A stretch of 38,934 bases of DNA from a virus (taxonomy: Duplodnaviria; Caudoviricetes). Below, piece after piece: positions 37,328 to 38,934 of this stretch (positions are counted from its first letter, which is position 1; every line of letters begins with the position of its first letter). The stretch lies in the IMG/VR virus record IMGVR_UViG_3300038314_001026, positions 1-38,934 of that record; one strand, given 5' to 3'. The notes beneath the pieces are model-generated. The model ran no database searches, was not told the DNA's origin, and saw nothing but the letters and a program-made list of their open reading frames with translations. The position numbers and the translations under genes are program-made.

Positions 37328-37715
37328 ACCACTTGTTCACGTCAAATCCAGGACAGTCAGGTTTTTTAGGCTCTACGTCACAGTGACCTATCACCTTGCA
37401 GCCAGGGTATAATTTTAATAATAACATGACAGTATCTTTTAAAGAGTCAAATTGCCGTGGGTCGAAGTCCTTGCGCCCCACCATGCAGATCCCAACAGAT
37501 TTCCTGTTGACCTGTCTTGCATGTGCACCTTGCAGCTTAACGTCTCGTCCTGCCTCGACAAGACCATTTCTTCTTATGACAAAGTGATATCCAATATCAC
37601 TCCAGCCACGTTCTTCAACATGCCATCGTCTAATCTCTGCCATGTCAACATCCTTGTCGTCAGGGGTGTCAGCGCAGTGGATGACAATAGTATCTGTCTC
37701 CTCACGGAAATTCAT
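37293..37715 (-). CDS. Endolysin, N-acetylmuramoyl-L-alanine amidase (T7 lysozyme-like)
   Basis: IVIHCADT, GWSDIGYHFVI, GAHA, SVGICMVG, GH..V...K..CPGFDV. Confidence 0.93.
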   Translation of the reverse strand: MNFREETDTIVIHCADTPDDKDVDMAEIRRWHVEERGWSDIGYHFVIRRNGLVEAGRDVKLQGAHARQVNRKSVGICMVGRKDFDPRQFDSLKDTVMLLLKLYPGCKVIGHCDVEPKKPDCPGFDVNKWFTEAIPSTGRP

Positions 37716-38119
37716 TATTTATCTTTCCACTTCTGAGCGATCTTCTCTCCACTTCTTCCAGCAATATATCCTCCAACACCAATGGTCAGAAGATTCCACA
37801 TAGGATCAGGTATGCTAAGAATCAAACTCGTACCAAAGATGATATTAATGAATGGCATCAAGATGAAATTATTGAAAATGACGATTATGCAGATCCACAT
37901 AAGAGCTGGCCTCCATGAGCTCGTCAGCCACGAACCACTTTGAGCCTCTGCTAAAATAATTTTTGAGGCAGCCTTCATTTCATCCGTTCCTGAAGTGAGA
38001 AGCTGGGTGTTTATTTCATGCTTGAGTTTTTCTTTTAAATCTTTATCAGGGACAGCCTTGTCAACCGTCTTTGCAATCAGTTTTGCTATAGGGCCGATGG
38101 CTCCAAGTAGCTGTAGCAT
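37715..38119 (-). CDS. Holin (3TM/GTA-type)
   Basis: DKAVPDKD, AEAQS.SWL..SWRP, hydrophobic helices, GGYIAGRSGEK; adjacent to the endolysin. Confidence 0.85.
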   Translation of the reverse strand: MLQLLGAIGPIAKLIAKTVDKAVPDKDLKEKLKHEINTQLLTSGTDEMKAASKIILAEAQSGSWLTSSWRPALMWICIIVIFNNFILMPFINIIFGTSLILSIPDPMWNLLTIGVGGYIAGRSGEKIAQKWKDK

Positions 38120-38317
38120 CTATATTCCTATCAGTGACTTTATTATAAAGACACTTATACCAAGAATATTAAGGATTAGAAACTTAAATATAAGGTCAAC
38201 CTTACTAGAGATATGCGAGACATGATTATCAAGCTTGTTGTTAATAAGCTTAAGCTCCCCATAGATCTTGATGATCTCTTCTCTATTTTCTCTTGTCTGT
38301 TTTTCAATCTTTTCCAT
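38120..38317 (-). CDS. Coiled-coil plus C-terminal transmembrane protein in the lysis region
   Basis: Heptad pattern, DNHVSHI, hydrophobic C-terminus. Confidence 0.6.
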   Translation of the reverse strand: MEKIEKQTRENREEIIKIYGELKLINNKLDNHVSHISSKVDLIFKFLILNILGISVFIIKSLIGI

Positions 38318-38331
38318 CTAGTTTCCGCATG

Positions 38332-38580
38332 TCAACTTTCAAACTCCTTAGTTTTTTTCTTCTGGTCGAAAATATCAAAGGGGATGCAGAAACTCTCCAT
38401 CCTCACAGTCCTTTCATCACCCAGTCCTCTACGCATTTCAACTTCCATCATAAAATCCTCAGCCATGGCTCCGTTCTCCAAGCACTTGGATTCTGAATCG
38501 TAACCCATTATCCCCTTGTAAATGAGGGGGTCGCCATCTTGGACACTTATCAACACCAGCAAGAACCATATCTTAATCAT
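38332..38580 (-). CDS. Hypothetical exported/membrane protein
   Basis: MIKIWFLLVLIS N-terminus, two Cys (SKCL, SFCIPF). Confidence 0.65.
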   Translation of the reverse strand: MIKIWFLLVLISVQDGDPLIYKGIMGYDSESKCLENGAMAEDFMMEVEMRRGLGDERTVRMESFCIPFDIFDQKKKTKEFES

Positions 38581-38587
38581 TTCCCTG

Positions 38588-38743
38588 TCAATTTAACAGC
38601 CATATGACAACTCCAAGTGTCACTATGCTCATTGTTATCGGTAAATATTCTTTAAACAGCCTTACATCAAGCAGTTTTGCATTACCACAATCAGGGTGTG
38701 TGCAATCCTCTTTGAGTAAGTCGCAAGGACATTTATCACTCAT
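38588..38743 (-). CDS. Small Cys-rich membrane-anchored protein, 51 aa (not in ORF track)
   Basis: MSDKCPCDLLKEDCTHPDCGNAKLLDVRLFKEYLPITMSIVTLGVVIWLLN; SD GAGG. Confidence 0.55.
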   Translation of the reverse strand: MSDKCPCDLLKEDCTHPDCGNAKLLDVRLFKEYLPITMSIVTLGVVIWLLN

Positions 38744-38843
38744 TTTTTCCTCTATGTTTTTTGTTCCAGCGTTTGTGCCAAGCCCATTGACTTATCTTAC
38801 TACAATAGACTTCAAGAAAATTTAGAATTACAAGTGAGAACAT
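38736..38843 (-). CDS. Small protein, 35 aa (not in ORF track)
   Basis: MFSLVILNFLEVYCSKISQWAWHKRWNKKHRGKNE; SD GAGGTG; overlaps the next start. Confidence 0.55.
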   Translation of the reverse strand: MFSLVILNFLEVYCSKISQWAWHKRWNKKHRGKNE

Positions 38844-38853
38844 TTTAAACACC

Positions 38854-38934
38854 TCATTTTTGTTGCATCATATTACCTAAGACTTCTTCATCAATAAAAT
38901 CTTCCAAAGAAATCAGGTGCATATTTAATCGTCT
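38854..38934 (-). CDS. C-terminal fragment of a gene entering from the right edge
   Basis: Open frame RRLNMHLISLEDFIDEEVLGNMMQQK* ending at 38854. Confidence 0.4.
   Translation of the reverse strand, partial: RRLNMHLISLEDFIDEEVLGNMMQQK

Overview
Most of a tailed dsDNA phage genome (podovirus-type), opened inside the tail-fibre region. Minus strand 21004->1 carries the late/virion module: small and large terminase, portal, scaffold, major capsid, decoration protein, tail tubular A and B, a GNAT protein, four internal/ejection proteins and a repeat- and collagen-containing tail fibre. The minus strand resumes at the right edge with small ORFs, a holin and an amidase endolysin (38934->37293). 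An AT-rich divergent control region (~20900-22480) holds palindromes, an IHF-like site, a GC island and two monocistronic early genes. Plus strand 21628->37327 carries early genes, a structured leader/ncRNA candidate, a nucleotide-modification cluster (SAM methyltransferase, MazG-like pyrophosphatase, dNMP kinase fused to a UDG-like domain, dCMP-type thymidylate-synthase homologue, dCMP deaminase), family A DNA polymerase, a nuclease, a putative SSB, an AEP primase, and UvrD and SNF2 helicases. No RNA polymerase, integrase, tRNA or CRISPR array was recognised. Strongest leads: (1) a putative injected virion protein carrying a HipA/PI3K-like kinase, an FtsZ C-terminal-peptide mimic (LDIPAFLKAQ) and an R-S-E ADP-ribosyltransferase; (2) a pyrimidine-modification pathway whose product cannot be predicted from known ones; (3) two structured RNA candidates. 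All calls come from motif recognition by eye; no searches were run.
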